Positions 11,000-20,619 of a stretch of 64,000 nucleotides of DNA are shown piece after piece. The notes under the pieces were generated by a model, which did not search any database, was not told the origin of the DNA, and saw only the letters and a program-made list of their open reading frames with translations. The position numbers and the translations under genes were made by a program. The stretch is from Acidobacteriota bacterium (GTDB lineage: Bacteria > Acidobacteriota > UBA6911 > RPQK01 > JADFOI01). Numbering within the stretch: the first letter of the stretch is position 1; every line of letters begins with the position of its first letter. The stretch lies in the NCBI GenBank assembly GCA_963663035.1, contig OY760074.1:288001-352000 (forward strand), given 5' to 3'.

Positions 11000-12711
11000 G
11001 TGAACAGCAGCCTCCCTCTTCGGATTTCATCCGGGCGACAATCCAGGAAGACTTGAAGGCCAACAAGCACCAGGGCCGAGTCGTGACTCGATTTCCACCT
11101 GAGCCCAACGGCTATCTGCACATAGGACACGCTAAATCGATCTGCCTCAACTTCGGGGTGGCCTCCGAGAGCGAAGGAGGTGTCTGCAACTTGCGCTTCG
11201 ATGACACCAATCCCAGCAAGGAGGAGGTCGAATATGAGGATTCAATCAAAGAAGACGTTCGCTGGCTGGGATTTGATTGGAGTGACCGGCTCTTCCACGC
11301 ATCGGACTATTTTGAGCAGCTGTATCAATACGGGGTGCAGTTGATCCAACTGGGAAAGGCCTACGTGTGCAGCCTGAGCGCCGAGGAAATTCGAGAGTAC
11401 CGCGGCACTTTGACTGAGCCTGGCAAGGACAGTCCCTATCGGACGCGATCGGTCGAGGAGAACCTGGAACTGTTCCGAGGCATGCGGGAGGGAGAGTGCG
11501 AGGACGGCTCGCAGGTCCTTCGAGCAAAAATTGACATGGCTTCTCCCAATCTCAATATGAGAGATCCAACCCTGTACCGAATTCGACGGGTGGCGCACCA
11601 CAGGTCCGGCGACAAGTGGTGCATTTATCCGATGTACGACTATGCTCATTGCCTGTCGGACTCCATCGAGGAGATCACTCATTCTCTCTGTACCCTCGAA
11701 TTTGAAGATCATCGTCCGCTCTATGATTGGGTGCTTGACCAGTTGAAGCTCGATTCTCATCCTCAGCAGATCGAGTTCGCACGGCTCAATCTCAGCTACA
11801 CCATCTTGAGCAAGCGAAAGCTTCTGGAGTTGGTGAAGGAAGGTCATGTCACAGGTTGGGATGATCCCAGGATGCCGACTCTCAGTGGGCTGCGGCGACG
11901 TGGGTATACGCCGGAGGCCATCCGCAACTTCTGTGAGCAGATTGGTGTGGCCAAAAGGAACACTGTGGTGAGCGTGGCGCTGTTGGAGCACCACCTTCGG
12001 GAGGATTTGAATCGACGGTCTCCGCGTGTCATGGGCGTGCTGAATCCACTGAAGGTGGTCATCGACAACTATCCGGAGGACCAGGTGGAAGATCTGGATG
12101 CCGTGAACAATCCGGAGGATTCCACTATGGGTTCGCGGAAGGTCCCTTTTTCTCGGGTGCTGTACATCGAGCAGGAGGATTTTCGCGAGGACCCGCCCAA
12201 AAAGTTCTATCGCCTGGCCCCCGGTCGTGAGGTGCGACTGCGATACGCCTACTATATTCAATGCGTGGGGGTAGTGAAGGATGAGAAGACGGGCCAGGTG
12301 GTCGAATTGCACTGTACCTATGATCCGGAGACGCGAGGCGGCTCTTCTCCAGATGGACGCAAGGTTAAGGCGACCATCCACTGGGTTTCAGCAGCCCACT
12401 CTCTCGAGGCCGAAGTACGCCTGTACGATCGTCTGTTCCTGCAAGAAAATCCAGGCGGTGCAAAAGATGGTGCTGATTTCCGGGCTTCACTGAATCCAAA
12501 TTCACTGGAGACCTTGACCTCTTGCCGTGTAGAGCCTAGTCTGGAGGGCGCGCCACCGGGAAGTCGATACCAGTTTGAGAGACGGGGCTATTTCTGTGTC
12601 GATTCAGTTGATTCTTCCCAGGAAGCACTGGTGTTCAACCGGACAGTGACCTTACGGGACTCCTGGGCCAAGATCGAGCGACAAATGCAGCAGCATCAAA
12701 AGAGAAAGTAA
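10996..12711 (+). CDS. glnS: Glutamine--tRNA ligase
   Basis: [17 protein letters not shown] (HIGH), [38 protein letters not shown]. Confidence 0.97.
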   Translation: MSEQQPPSSDFIRATIQEDLKANKHQGRVVTRFPPEPNGYLHIGHAKSICLNFGVASESEGGVCNLRFDDTNPSKEEVEYEDSIKEDVRWLGFDWSDRLFHASDYFEQLYQYGVQLIQLGKAYVCSLSAEEIREYRGTLTEPGKDSPYRTRSVEENLELFRGMREGECEDGSQVLRAKIDMASPNLNMRDPTLYRIRRVAHHRSGDKWCIYPMYDYAHCLSDSIEEITHSLCTLEFEDHRPLYDWVLDQLKLDSHPQQIEFARLNLSYTILSKRKLLELVKEGHVTGWDDPRMPTLSGLRRRGYTPEAIRNFCEQIGVAKRNTVVSVALLEHHLREDLNRRSPRVMGVLNPLKVVIDNYPEDQVEDLDAVNNPEDSTMGSRKVPFSRVLYIEQEDFREDPPKKFYRLAPGREVRLRYAYYIQCVGVVKDEKTGQVVELHCTYDPETRGGSSPDGRKVKATIHWVSAAHSLEAEVRLYDRLFLQENPGGAKDGADFRASLNPNSLETLTSCRVEPSLEGAPPGSRYQFERRGYFCVDSVDSSQEALVFNRTVTLRDSWAKIERQMQQHQKRK

Positions 12712-12714
12712 GCA

Positions 12715-12892
12715 AGCCCGGACAATGCATTGGTTCTCGTCATGAAGCGGCGAAAGCGCCGGAAAACAGAGCCGTGGGCTAAAGCCTGCGGCTCCGACTG
12801 GCGCGCGAGGGGTACCCGGCTGCGGGTCGCGCAACGCCGGCAGGGCGGATGATTTCGCCGCTGCAGTAGAGAATTTATGCATAGTCCGGGCT
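12715..12892. repeat. MITE/REP-like element, copy M1
   Basis: Terminal inverted repeats AGCCCGGACAATGCAT / ATGCATAGTCCGGGCT. Core (GAAGCGGCGAAA..GGGGTACCC..GCGGGTCGCG..CTGCAGTAGAGAA) shared with M2-M4. Confidence 0.8.
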
Positions 12893-12908
12893 GGAAAAGG
12901 GGGAGCAC

Positions 12909-14456
12909 ATGGGGTGGGAGGATTTCGAAGAAACCAAGAAGAGACTGACGGCTGCTGAGATTCGCTTTGAGGAGATTCGGCGCAGCCTTGGACTGGTTCT
13001 GGGGCCACTGGCTTTTGTGGTGATTGCTTTCCTGCTCCCAACCCTTCCCGATGTCGCACCTGTGGGGATGAGGACCCTGGGAATCTTTTCCTGGGTTGTG
13101 ATCTGGTGGATTACTGAAGCGATCCCTATTCCTATGTCGGGACTTTTCGGTCTTGCGCTGCTGGCGCTGTGCGGTGTTTTCCCCGTGGCCCAGGCCTTTT
13201 CCTCCATGGGACACTGGGTCATCTTATTTTTACTGGGTGCTTTCATTATCGCCCACGCCATGACGGTCACCGGGCTCAACCGGAGGTTTGCCTATCGGAT
13301 GATCTCCTTTGAGTTCATTCAAGGTGATCCCTGGCGGTTGATGGTGATGTTTCTCATCGCGGTGACGATGCTGAGCTCCATAGCCTCCGACACTGTGTCA
13401 ACGGTTATCTTCATGGCCATTGCCATGGGCCTGCTGCAAGCTCTCAATATTGCCTCGGGCAGTCGCTTTGGTGAAATGTTCATTCTTTCCATTGCCTGGG
13501 CGGCTCTTTATGGCGGCATGATCACCCCGGCTGGCTCCCCTCCCAATCTGATTGGAATCGGCCTGGTCAGTGAGGCCCTGGATTACCAAATCGGATTTGC
13601 CCGCTGGAGCATGGTGGGCTTTCCGATGGCGGTTGTCGGCATCCTCGTCATGCTGACGGTCATCCGATTTGCTTTGAAGGACGAGTTCGGGAAGATTCAT
13701 ATCGATCCAGAAATTATCCGCAGAGAGCGTGAAAAAAGAGGTCCCGTGACGCGGGGGGAGAAAATTGCCGGATTGGGGATGCTGACGGCTATCATTTTTT
13801 GGCTTGTTCCTGACATTGCCAGCCTCATCTTAGGCAGCACTCATGCATTGAGTCTTTGGATTCGGGTTCACCTGAATGTGGCAGTGGTGGCACTGATCGT
13901 GGCCACCTCGATGTTCGTGATTCCAATCAATTGGAAGGAAAAGAAATTTCCTCTCACCTGGAATCAGGCAGTTGAGGGAATAGAATGGGGAACTCTGGCG
14001 CTGGTTGCAGGCGCTCTGGGGATTGGAAGTGCTCTTGCCAACTCTGAGGTAGGCTTGGGCAACTTTTTTGCATCCTCGCTGGGGAACTTTGCCGGTCCCG
14101 GAACGTCTCCTTTCATTCCCCTCTTCGTGATCGTTCTCTTCATGGTCTTTATCACCAGCTTCATATCCAACAACGCAGCCATCAGCATTGTGGCCCCGAT
14201 TGTCATTGCCATTGGCTCCGCCCCGGGATCGACTCTAAATCCCATAGCTGCCGTCATGGCGGCCGCCATGGCCGCTTCCATGTCCGTAATTCTCCCCTGC
14301 TCGACCCCGGCTACTGCGATCGTTTTCGGTAGCGGCTACGTTCGAATTCTGACCATGTTCAAGAATGGAATGATTCTGGCGCTCACCGGGGTCTTGATGG
14401 CGACCTTTATTGCCTATATCATTGCGGATCTTGTTTTCCCCTGGCCGCTGCCTTAA
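12909..14456 (+). CDS. SLC13/DASS family di/tricarboxylate or anion transporter
   Basis: WWITEAIPIP, GGMITPAGSPPN, FISNNAA, LPCSTPATAIVFGSG. Confidence 0.9.
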   Translation: MGWEDFEETKKRLTAAEIRFEEIRRSLGLVLGPLAFVVIAFLLPTLPDVAPVGMRTLGIFSWVVIWWITEAIPIPMSGLFGLALLALCGVFPVAQAFSSMGHWVILFLLGAFIIAHAMTVTGLNRRFAYRMISFEFIQGDPWRLMVMFLIAVTMLSSIASDTVSTVIFMAIAMGLLQALNIASGSRFGEMFILSIAWAALYGGMITPAGSPPNLIGIGLVSEALDYQIGFARWSMVGFPMAVVGILVMLTVIRFALKDEFGKIHIDPEIIRREREKRGPVTRGEKIAGLGMLTAIIFWLVPDIASLILGSTHALSLWIRVHLNVAVVALIVATSMFVIPINWKEKKFPLTWNQAVEGIEWGTLALVAGALGIGSALANSEVGLGNFFASSLGNFAGPGTSPFIPLFVIVLFMVFITSFISNNAAISIVAPIVIAIGSAPGSTLNPIAAVMAAAMAASMSVILPCSTPATAIVFGSGYVRILTMFKNGMILALTGVLMATFIAYIIADLVFPWPLP

Positions 14457-14476
14457 GTAGAGAAGGAGAAGGATTC

Positions 14477-15715
14477 ATGCCGAAAGTTAACTTGCCGCTG
14501 GTACCGCTGGAAGAGAGAGATCGCCGCTGGGCACTGATTCGGAAGGATATGGAGGAGGAAGATCTGGATGCTCTCTTTCTTTGGGGCAGCAACCGCTCTT
14601 GGGGTGTCGGCCTGGCCAACCTCCGATACGTCACTCACATGGGGTGCAGAGAGGGAGTCGCCATCTTTCCCTTTGAAGGCAATCCTAAGTGTTTTACCAG
14701 CAACCCTCATCACTACCAGCCCTACAATTTTTTCACTTCGGTACAGAACTGGGTGGATGACATTGAACCTATGACGGGAACGGAACCCATTGTGGAGGCT
14801 CTGCGAACCATGGGACTGGCCGGGGCAAGGATAGGTGTTGTGGATCATGTGGGGGCATTGAGTCACCACTCGCTACCTTATTGGCCTTTCAAGAAGATTC
14901 AGGACGAGCTACCCCAAGCGCACTTTGTGGATGCAACTTCGCTTTTGGAAAAGATTCGCATGATCAAGAGCCCGGTGGAAATCGAGTTCTTGAAAGAAGC
15001 AGGCAAAATCGGTATGAAGATGCTCGATCGGATGATCGTTTCCTCGAAAGAAGGAGTGAATGAACGGGTTGTGTATGGTGACATGATGCGTGAGCTGGTT
15101 GTGAACGGGGGTGAAGATTATGCCATGAACCTTTTCACAACGGGGTCTGCCGTTGACTCCGAACAGCAGCATCTGCTGCACGGGAAAGAGGTTCCCAATA
15201 CTCCCGTTGACCGGGTCCTCAAGAAAGGGGATCTGGTGATGACCGAGTTCCATGCAAATTACGGGGGCTATCTGGTGGGCATCGAAGACACGATCTCGGT
15301 TGGAGAACCTCCCCAACAAGTTCGGGAAATTCACAAAGTTTGCGTCGAGGTGTTCCAGAATGGGGTGGACAGCATGCGACCGGGAAAAACCTTGCGCCAG
15401 GTAGTCGACGCCTTTCGAGCTCCGGTCAAGCAGGCTGGAATGGATTATATTGAGTGCGGCATCCATGGGCACGGGATGTCCTCTCCTGAATTCCCCAGTT
15501 GCGTTTATTCTTCAGACTCCGACCATCAAGGACTATCCGGAGCGGGTTTTCTTTCCATGGAGCTTCAGGAAGGTATGGTTTTCGGCACCAATATCGACGT
15601 CTTGGATCCGAGCTGGAGACCAGACGTGGGTGTCATGCTGGGTGATACCATCTGGGTCAGTAAGGATGGGCCCCAACAGCTCTGTGGGATTCCGCTGGAG
15701 TGGGCGGTGGTCTAG
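14477..15715 (+). CDS. M24 family (Xaa-Pro peptidase/creatinase-like) hydrolase
   Basis: Creatinase N-domain (ERDRRWALIRKDM, NLRYVT), IRMIKSPVEI, GIHGHG, LQEGMVF, GDTIWV. Confidence 0.85.
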   Translation: MPKVNLPLVPLEERDRRWALIRKDMEEEDLDALFLWGSNRSWGVGLANLRYVTHMGCREGVAIFPFEGNPKCFTSNPHHYQPYNFFTSVQNWVDDIEPMTGTEPIVEALRTMGLAGARIGVVDHVGALSHHSLPYWPFKKIQDELPQAHFVDATSLLEKIRMIKSPVEIEFLKEAGKIGMKMLDRMIVSSKEGVNERVVYGDMMRELVVNGGEDYAMNLFTTGSAVDSEQQHLLHGKEVPNTPVDRVLKKGDLVMTEFHANYGGYLVGIEDTISVGEPPQQVREIHKVCVEVFQNGVDSMRPGKTLRQVVDAFRAPVKQAGMDYIECGIHGHGMSSPEFPSCVYSSDSDHQGLSGAGFLSMELQEGMVFGTNIDVLDPSWRPDVGVMLGDTIWVSKDGPQQLCGIPLEWAVV

Positions 15716-15909
15716 AGCCGGGATTATGCATAGGTTTTCTACTGCAGTGCCGCAATCATCCACGCTCACTGCGTTGTGCTTCCTTGGGCTCCTCGGCGTA
15801 CTGCAAGAGTACGCCTGCGGGGCCCGACCCGTGGCGGGTACCCCTCGCACGCCTTGTCATCGCGGCGCCTGCGGCACTTCGTCACGAAAACTTATGCATA
15901 ACCCCGGCT
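15716..15909. repeat. MITE/REP-like element, copy M2 (opposite orientation to M1)
   Basis: TIRs AGCCGGGATTATGCATAGGTTTTC / GAAAACTTATGCATAACCCCGGCT; fills the space between two convergent TAG stops. Confidence 0.8.
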
Positions 15910-16618
15910 AGAGCCGGACCTGCATGCAGTGATTCATCACTGGAGCCACTTCCTGCAGTATTGCCAATATGCCTTCGACCAGGTCCGAGCCTGTCGAGCC
16001 TCTGATCTCATCGGCTGCCATCGGATAATACAACTGGAAGACAACCCACTCCTGGTCCGGACATCCCGTTAAGGCACGCCGCAACTCAACCGCGCTGGGG
16101 AAATTCAAACGCGAATAGCGAATATAAGTCTGGCGGCTGCCGGCGTGAAGGTGAAAGTTGTCTTCCATCACCAGCCGCCGAAGCTCCCGATACAGCCTCG
16201 ACCGGTCCCTCAATCGGCTGATGAGCCGATGCCAGTCCCAATCTGCCTGCAATTGAAAAGCGGGGCGCTGGCCCTGATCTTTTCCGAATCCTCGCTCCAC
16301 GTGAAGTCCCGACTGGAAAGTGGCTTCTTCCCGATCAATCTTGATGAAGAATTTGGAACAGCTGAAATTATGGCTGTTGGACAGGGGCTTGGCGATTCGG
16401 TTCGCCTTGGGCAGAAAGCAGATCCACTGCCAGTAGACCCCTCTTCCGTAGCGATCGATCACAAAGTCCTGCTCATAGCGGGCCTGGAGGCTCCACTTGA
16501 GTATCTGGGTGATTCGTTGATGAGGTTCCAGGTGACCGACCCGGATTCCTTTCTGAAAATCCAAAAATTCGGGTTGGAAACCATCCAGACGCATAGGCGA
16601 AACAGAAGCACGCTGCAT
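15908..16618 (-). CDS. Hypothetical protein
   Basis: 236 aa ORF with protein-like composition (GRGVYWQWICFLPKANR); family not recognised. Confidence 0.65.
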   Translation of the reverse strand: MQRASVSPMRLDGFQPEFLDFQKGIRVGHLEPHQRITQILKWSLQARYEQDFVIDRYGRGVYWQWICFLPKANRIAKPLSNSHNFSCSKFFIKIDREEATFQSGLHVERGFGKDQGQRPAFQLQADWDWHRLISRLRDRSRLYRELRRLVMEDNFHLHAGSRQTYIRYSRLNFPSAVELRRALTGCPDQEWVVFQLYYPMAADEIRGSTGSDLVEGILAILQEVAPVMNHCMQVRL

Positions 16619-16687
16619 TATAGCGGTCAGAGAGCGGAGTCTCCAGAGACCCCCTCGTCACCATGACGGCTTGTCAGGTGACCAGAT

Positions 16688-16765
16688 GGCCCGTGGGCTG
16701 AAGCCCACGGCTCTGACTGATCCTCATTAGCTCCCATCAGAGCCGCAGGCTTTAGCCTGCGGGCC
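16688..16765. repeat. Inverted pair of REP-like hairpins
   Basis: GGCCCGTGGGCTGAAGCCCACGGCTCTGA ... TCAGAGCCGCAGGCTTTAGCCTGCGGGCC. Confidence 0.8.
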
Positions 16766-16924
16766 TCCGGCCAGCAAAGGGAGCTGCTGTTAACGAGACC
16801 CCCTCCAACCTGGTCAGCTAACAACTTGTTAAACTGTAGCCTGTGGCGAGCCACCTGTGGCAAGCCACCGTTGGTGGGCCGTCAACTCGCTGCTGCAGGA
16901 CTCGATGGTGGGAGTGGATCTCCT

Positions 16925-18679
16925 ATGGACAAAAGCTCGACCGAGCACAAGCAAGGTGGTCTGACCGAACTTCCGGCAACTGCCATCTGTGGAAACGACA
17001 TCACCTCCTCCTGCCTGTACGTCTCTGCTCTTGCCATCATTCAAGCCGGTAAGTGGGCATGGCTTGCGTTGTTGATTGTGGCTGCAGTCCTCTTTCTTTA
17101 CCGAAAGATTTACGCTGAGGTGGTTGGCGCACTTCCCCTCAACGGAGGTGCCTATAACGCTTTGTTGAACACCACCAGCAAGTCGCTGGCCTCAATGGCA
17201 GCCTGTCTGACTTTGCTCTCCTACATGGCTACGGCCGTCATTTCGGCCAGCGAAGCTATGCATTACGCTCATAACCTCTTGAATAGTCTTCCTGTGATAC
17301 CCGCTACCATCGTGCTCCTGGCGATTTTTATGGTACTCAGCATAGTGGGAATCCGAGAGGTGTCGCAAGTCGCAGTGGTCATTTTTATTACTCATCTGAG
17401 CACTATGGCGCTTCTGATCATCACAGGAGTCCTTTTTATAGCATTTAACGGTCTGGACACACTCTATGCCAATTTCGCAATGCCCACAGCACGCGGCATT
17501 GGCCCGGCAATCTTTTTCGGATTTGCTGCTGCCATGCTGGGGATATCGGGATTCGAGAGCTCGGCCAACTTTGTTGAGGAACAGCGCCAAGGCGTCTTCA
17601 CGAAGACGCTGAGAAACATGTGGATTTCAGTGAGCGTCCTCAACCCGATCATGGCCTTTCTTGCCCTGTCACTGGTTCCCATTTCCGAGGTTCCCACTCA
17701 TCAGGAAGCACTGCTTGCTCATATGGGTGCAGTCTCCGGTGGTAATTGGTTAGCCTGGTTGATCTCGCTTGATGCCGCCCTGGTACTCAGCGGTGCTGTG
17801 CTGACTTCCTACGTTGGGGTCACTGGACTGGTCAAGCGAATGACACTGGATCGCTGTTTGCCCCAGTTTCTTCTCAAAACTAACCGGTTTCAGACCCCTC
17901 ACCGCATCATCATCGGATTTTTTCTGCTGGGAGTCTCGGTCCTTGCCATCACCCGTGGAGAGTTGGGTGCTCTGGCCGGAGTCTACACCATCTCCTTCTT
18001 GGCGGTGATGATCCTCTTCGGGGTGGGCAACATCCTTCTGAAGGTCAACCGGGCACGTCTCCGTCGCCCCGAACACTCCTCCTGGCCAGCGCTCCTTTTT
18101 GCCATCTCTTTGACGTTGGCCGGACTGGTCGGAAATGTTCTCATGAGCCCGGCCTACCTGGTTGTTTTTTTGGAGTACTTCATTCCAGCGGCCCTGGTCG
18201 TGTTAATCATGTTAGGACGAATTGGAATCCTGAAAGCGTGTTTATTCCTGATTAGAGCAGTGAGTGAGACCGTGGGCAGAGCGACCTCCCACTTTTCACG
18301 AGCGATTCGCTTGAGGATCGAGCAGATCAATTCACAACAGGTGGTTTTCTTCACGCGAGGGGACCACATCTCCAATTTGAATAGAGCTGTTCTCTATGTG
18401 AAGCGAAACGAGCACTCCAACCGTATCAGGATTGTGACCGTGGTCAAAGACGACAGCGAAGTTTCCCAGAGGATCAAGGATGACCTCGAGTTTCTGGATA
18501 GGACCTATCCGGACATCGAGATAGAGTTCCTTGTCTTGAAGGGAAAATTCGGGCCGGACCTGATCGAAGAATTGTCCCAGAAATGGGGAATCCCGGCCAA
18601 TTTTATGTTCATTGGGTCCCCGGGCGATCATTTCCTCTATGGCCTCGCCGAGCTCGGTGGAGTAAGATTGATCATCTAA
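16925..18679 (+). CDS. APC family amino acid/cation permease with C-terminal soluble domain
   Basis: ICGNDITSSCLY, LPLNGGAY, LGISGFESSANFVEEQ. Start moved to ATG 16925 behind GGGAG; the ORF track's 16826 start is unlikely. Confidence 0.88.
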   Translation: MDKSSTEHKQGGLTELPATAICGNDITSSCLYVSALAIIQAGKWAWLALLIVAAVLFLYRKIYAEVVGALPLNGGAYNALLNTTSKSLASMAACLTLLSYMATAVISASEAMHYAHNLLNSLPVIPATIVLLAIFMVLSIVGIREVSQVAVVIFITHLSTMALLIITGVLFIAFNGLDTLYANFAMPTARGIGPAIFFGFAAAMLGISGFESSANFVEEQRQGVFTKTLRNMWISVSVLNPIMAFLALSLVPISEVPTHQEALLAHMGAVSGGNWLAWLISLDAALVLSGAVLTSYVGVTGLVKRMTLDRCLPQFLLKTNRFQTPHRIIIGFFLLGVSVLAITRGELGALAGVYTISFLAVMILFGVGNILLKVNRARLRRPEHSSWPALLFAISLTLAGLVGNVLMSPAYLVVFLEYFIPAALVVLIMLGRIGILKACLFLIRAVSETVGRATSHFSRAIRLRIEQINSQQVVFFTRGDHISNLNRAVLYVKRNEHSNRIRIVTVVKDDSEVSQRIKDDLEFLDRTYPDIEIEFLVLKGKFGPDLIEELSQKWGIPANFMFIGSPGDHFLYGLAELGGVRLII

Positions 18680-19047
18680 TGGGTTCCTATCCTGTCTTCA
18701 AAGTCCTGCACTTGATTGGTGTTTTCATGATCCTCGTGTCTCTAGGAGGATTAATCGTCCTGGGCGCAGCAGGAGAGCTCAACCATTCCCGCTGGAGAAA
18801 ACTCGCCGCCCTGACAAATGGCATCGGGCTGGCGGTGGTCTTGTTTGCCGGGTTTGGTCTGTTGGGCCTTCTGCAGCTGGGTTGGCCCTGGCCGGGATGG
18901 ATCTTCTCCAAGATACTCATCTGGCTTTTTTTTGGTGTCATGATGGTTCTTGCCAAGAGGGCGCCGGAATCGGGAAAATACCTGTGGTGGGGTTCACTGT
19001 TGCTGGCCGGTGTGGCTGCCTATCTTGCCAACCTCAAGCCATTCTAG
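18679..19047 (+). CDS. Small 4-TM membrane protein (SirB2-like)
   Basis: ATG overlaps the upstream TAA; YPVFKVLHLIG...WIFSKILIW...LKPF pattern. Confidence 0.65.
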   Translation: MGSYPVFKVLHLIGVFMILVSLGGLIVLGAAGELNHSRWRKLAALTNGIGLAVVLFAGFGLLGLLQLGWPWPGWIFSKILIWLFFGVMMVLAKRAPESGKYLWWGSLLLAGVAAYLANLKPF

Positions 19048-19147
19048 TGCGCTCACGGCGTCGCTTTGACACCACGAGTGTGGTAAAATTGTCTTATTGG
19101 GCAACTTGGCACACTTCGTTGCCTTTCGTAGGGAAAAGTTTTAGCAT

Positions 19148-19555
19148 GTGGAAAGTCCTCCAAGTGGGAGAGTAAAGGTAACAATGGATACCACGGACAC
19201 CACAGGTTTGGAACGCACTCTGGAAGCCATTGTAAACGGAACAGGACGGCTCAAAGAGGTGCGTAAAGCCGAGTTGAATTTGGGAGATTGGGTGCTGGTG
19301 ACCACCCTGAACTCGACTTACTCGATCCGCGTGCTGGAGGAAGATCTCTATTCCATCTCCGGGGGATGGTTTGATCGCGAGGGTCTCTCGCCGCTGAGGA
19401 CGAGCATTACCGGTTGTACCTGGGGTGGTAGTGCAATCAAGGTGGACATTGTGGCAGCCTGTGGCCTGCATTTGGAGTTTGGCAACCGGGTGGTGACCAG
19501 TCCGATTCAAAATGTTTCTGTGATGCGGTTGGGGGGGGAGCAACTCAATAATTAG
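19148..19555 (+). CDS. Hypothetical protein (alternative start 19184)
   Basis: ORF with VTTLNSTY, GCTWGGSAIK, LEFGNRVVTSPI; no family recognised. Confidence 0.65.
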   Translation: MESPPSGRVKVTMDTTDTTGLERTLEAIVNGTGRLKEVRKAELNLGDWVLVTTLNSTYSIRVLEEDLYSISGGWFDREGLSPLRTSITGCTWGGSAIKVDIVAACGLHLEFGNRVVTSPIQNVSVMRLGGEQLNN

Positions 19556-19595
19556 TTTTCACAAGGTCAGACCCCTTGAAGCAAGGAGGGCAGGG

Positions 19596-20351
19596 ATGCG
19601 GTACCGATTGGGTCTCTTCTTCGCAGTCTTTTTCCTATTATTCCCGTTCAGTTCATTAGCCGATGTCATTCACTTAAAGGGCGGTGGCACAGTAGAAGGC
19701 ACATTTGTGGGAGGCGACTCCCGGACAGTGCGGCTGCTTCGGCAGGACGGCCAGCTGGAAAGCTTTGCCATTACTGATGTGGAGAGCATTGTCTTTGGAA
19801 ATCCGGCCGCTGCTTTTTCCACACCCCCACCCAGTTCACCTCCTGATCCTTACACGTTGAGCAAAGGTACGGTCCTGGTCATACGCATGATCGACCCGGT
19901 CGATTCGAATGTGAACCAACCAGGAGAAACCTTTCGCGCTACCCTGGAGGAGCCGGTGACGGTGGCTGGAGAAATCCTGGCACCCAAGGGGACCTTTGCT
20001 TCAGTGCAGTTGGTCCACGTCCAGCAGTCCGGGCAGCTCAGGGGCCAGGAAGAAATTGCCCTGCAGCTTCGCAGCATCACGGTGAATGACAAGACCTATC
20101 CGCTTGCCAGTGAATTCGCCACGGTGGCAAGTGAGGCCAAAGGTAAGGAAAGCGCCAAGGTTGTGGGCGGTGCCGCAGCAATCGGTGCCTTGATTGGAGC
20201 TCTTACCGGGGGAAAAAAGGGGGCTGCAATTGGCGCTGCTGCAGGAGCTGGAGCCGGGGTTGCCGTACAGGCGGTTCGAGGCAAGCAAGTGAAGGTCCCT
20301 TCAGAAGCTCTGCTGGCCTTCTCACTGGAAGAGGCTGTGACGCTCCGTTAA
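19596..20351 (+). CDS. Secreted protein with glycine-zipper C-terminus
   Basis: Signal peptide ending SLA-D, AAAIGALIGALTGGKKGAAIGAAAGAGAG, AGGAGG RBS. Confidence 0.8.
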   Translation: MRYRLGLFFAVFFLLFPFSSLADVIHLKGGGTVEGTFVGGDSRTVRLLRQDGQLESFAITDVESIVFGNPAAAFSTPPPSSPPDPYTLSKGTVLVIRMIDPVDSNVNQPGETFRATLEEPVTVAGEILAPKGTFASVQLVHVQQSGQLRGQEEIALQLRSITVNDKTYPLASEFATVASEAKGKESAKVVGGAAAIGALIGALTGGKKGAAIGAAAGAGAGVAVQAVRGKQVKVPSEALLAFSLEEAVTLR

Positions 20352-20379
20352 GAATGACCTGTCAGGGCAGCAAAGGTTA

Positions 20380-20614
20380 GCCCACACTTTTCACACCCGC
20401 TCTACTCCATCGGCGCAATGATCCGACCTGACCGTGTTGCGCGACCCGCACGCGGGTACCCCTCGGCTCCTCAACGTACTCAAGAGTACGTTTGCGGGGG
20501 TCGACCCGCACGCGGGTACCCCTCGGCTCCAGTCGGGCCCGCAGGCTTTAGCCCACGGCTCTGTTTTCCGGCACTTCCGCCGCTTCGCGACGACCTGGTG
20601 TGAGAAATGCGGGC
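20380..20614. repeat. MITE/REP-like element, copy M3, with internal duplication
   Basis: TIRs GCCCACACTTTTCACACC / GGTGTGAGAAATGCGGGC; CGACCCGCACGCGGGTACCCCTCGGCTCC occurs twice; contains the REP hairpin. Confidence 0.75.
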
Positions 20615-20619
20615 AGTCC

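Noticed and set aside
11242-12381. Long antisense ORFs (also 20434..21348, 30244..31173, 40469..41608, 52556..53467)
   Set aside because: They shadow well-supported genes on the opposite strand and have no motifs; expected at this GC content.
12652-13059. ORFs with recurring GFSPRLCFPAL / PQALAHGSVFR peptides (also near 20418-20663)
   Set aside because: These are translations of the non-coding repeat elements, not a protein family.
19066-19123. Sigma70 (TTGACA..TAAAAT) or sigma54 (TGGCAC..TTGC) promoter
   Set aside because: Sigma70 spacer is only 12 nt, and the GG-GC spacing is one base too long for sigma54.
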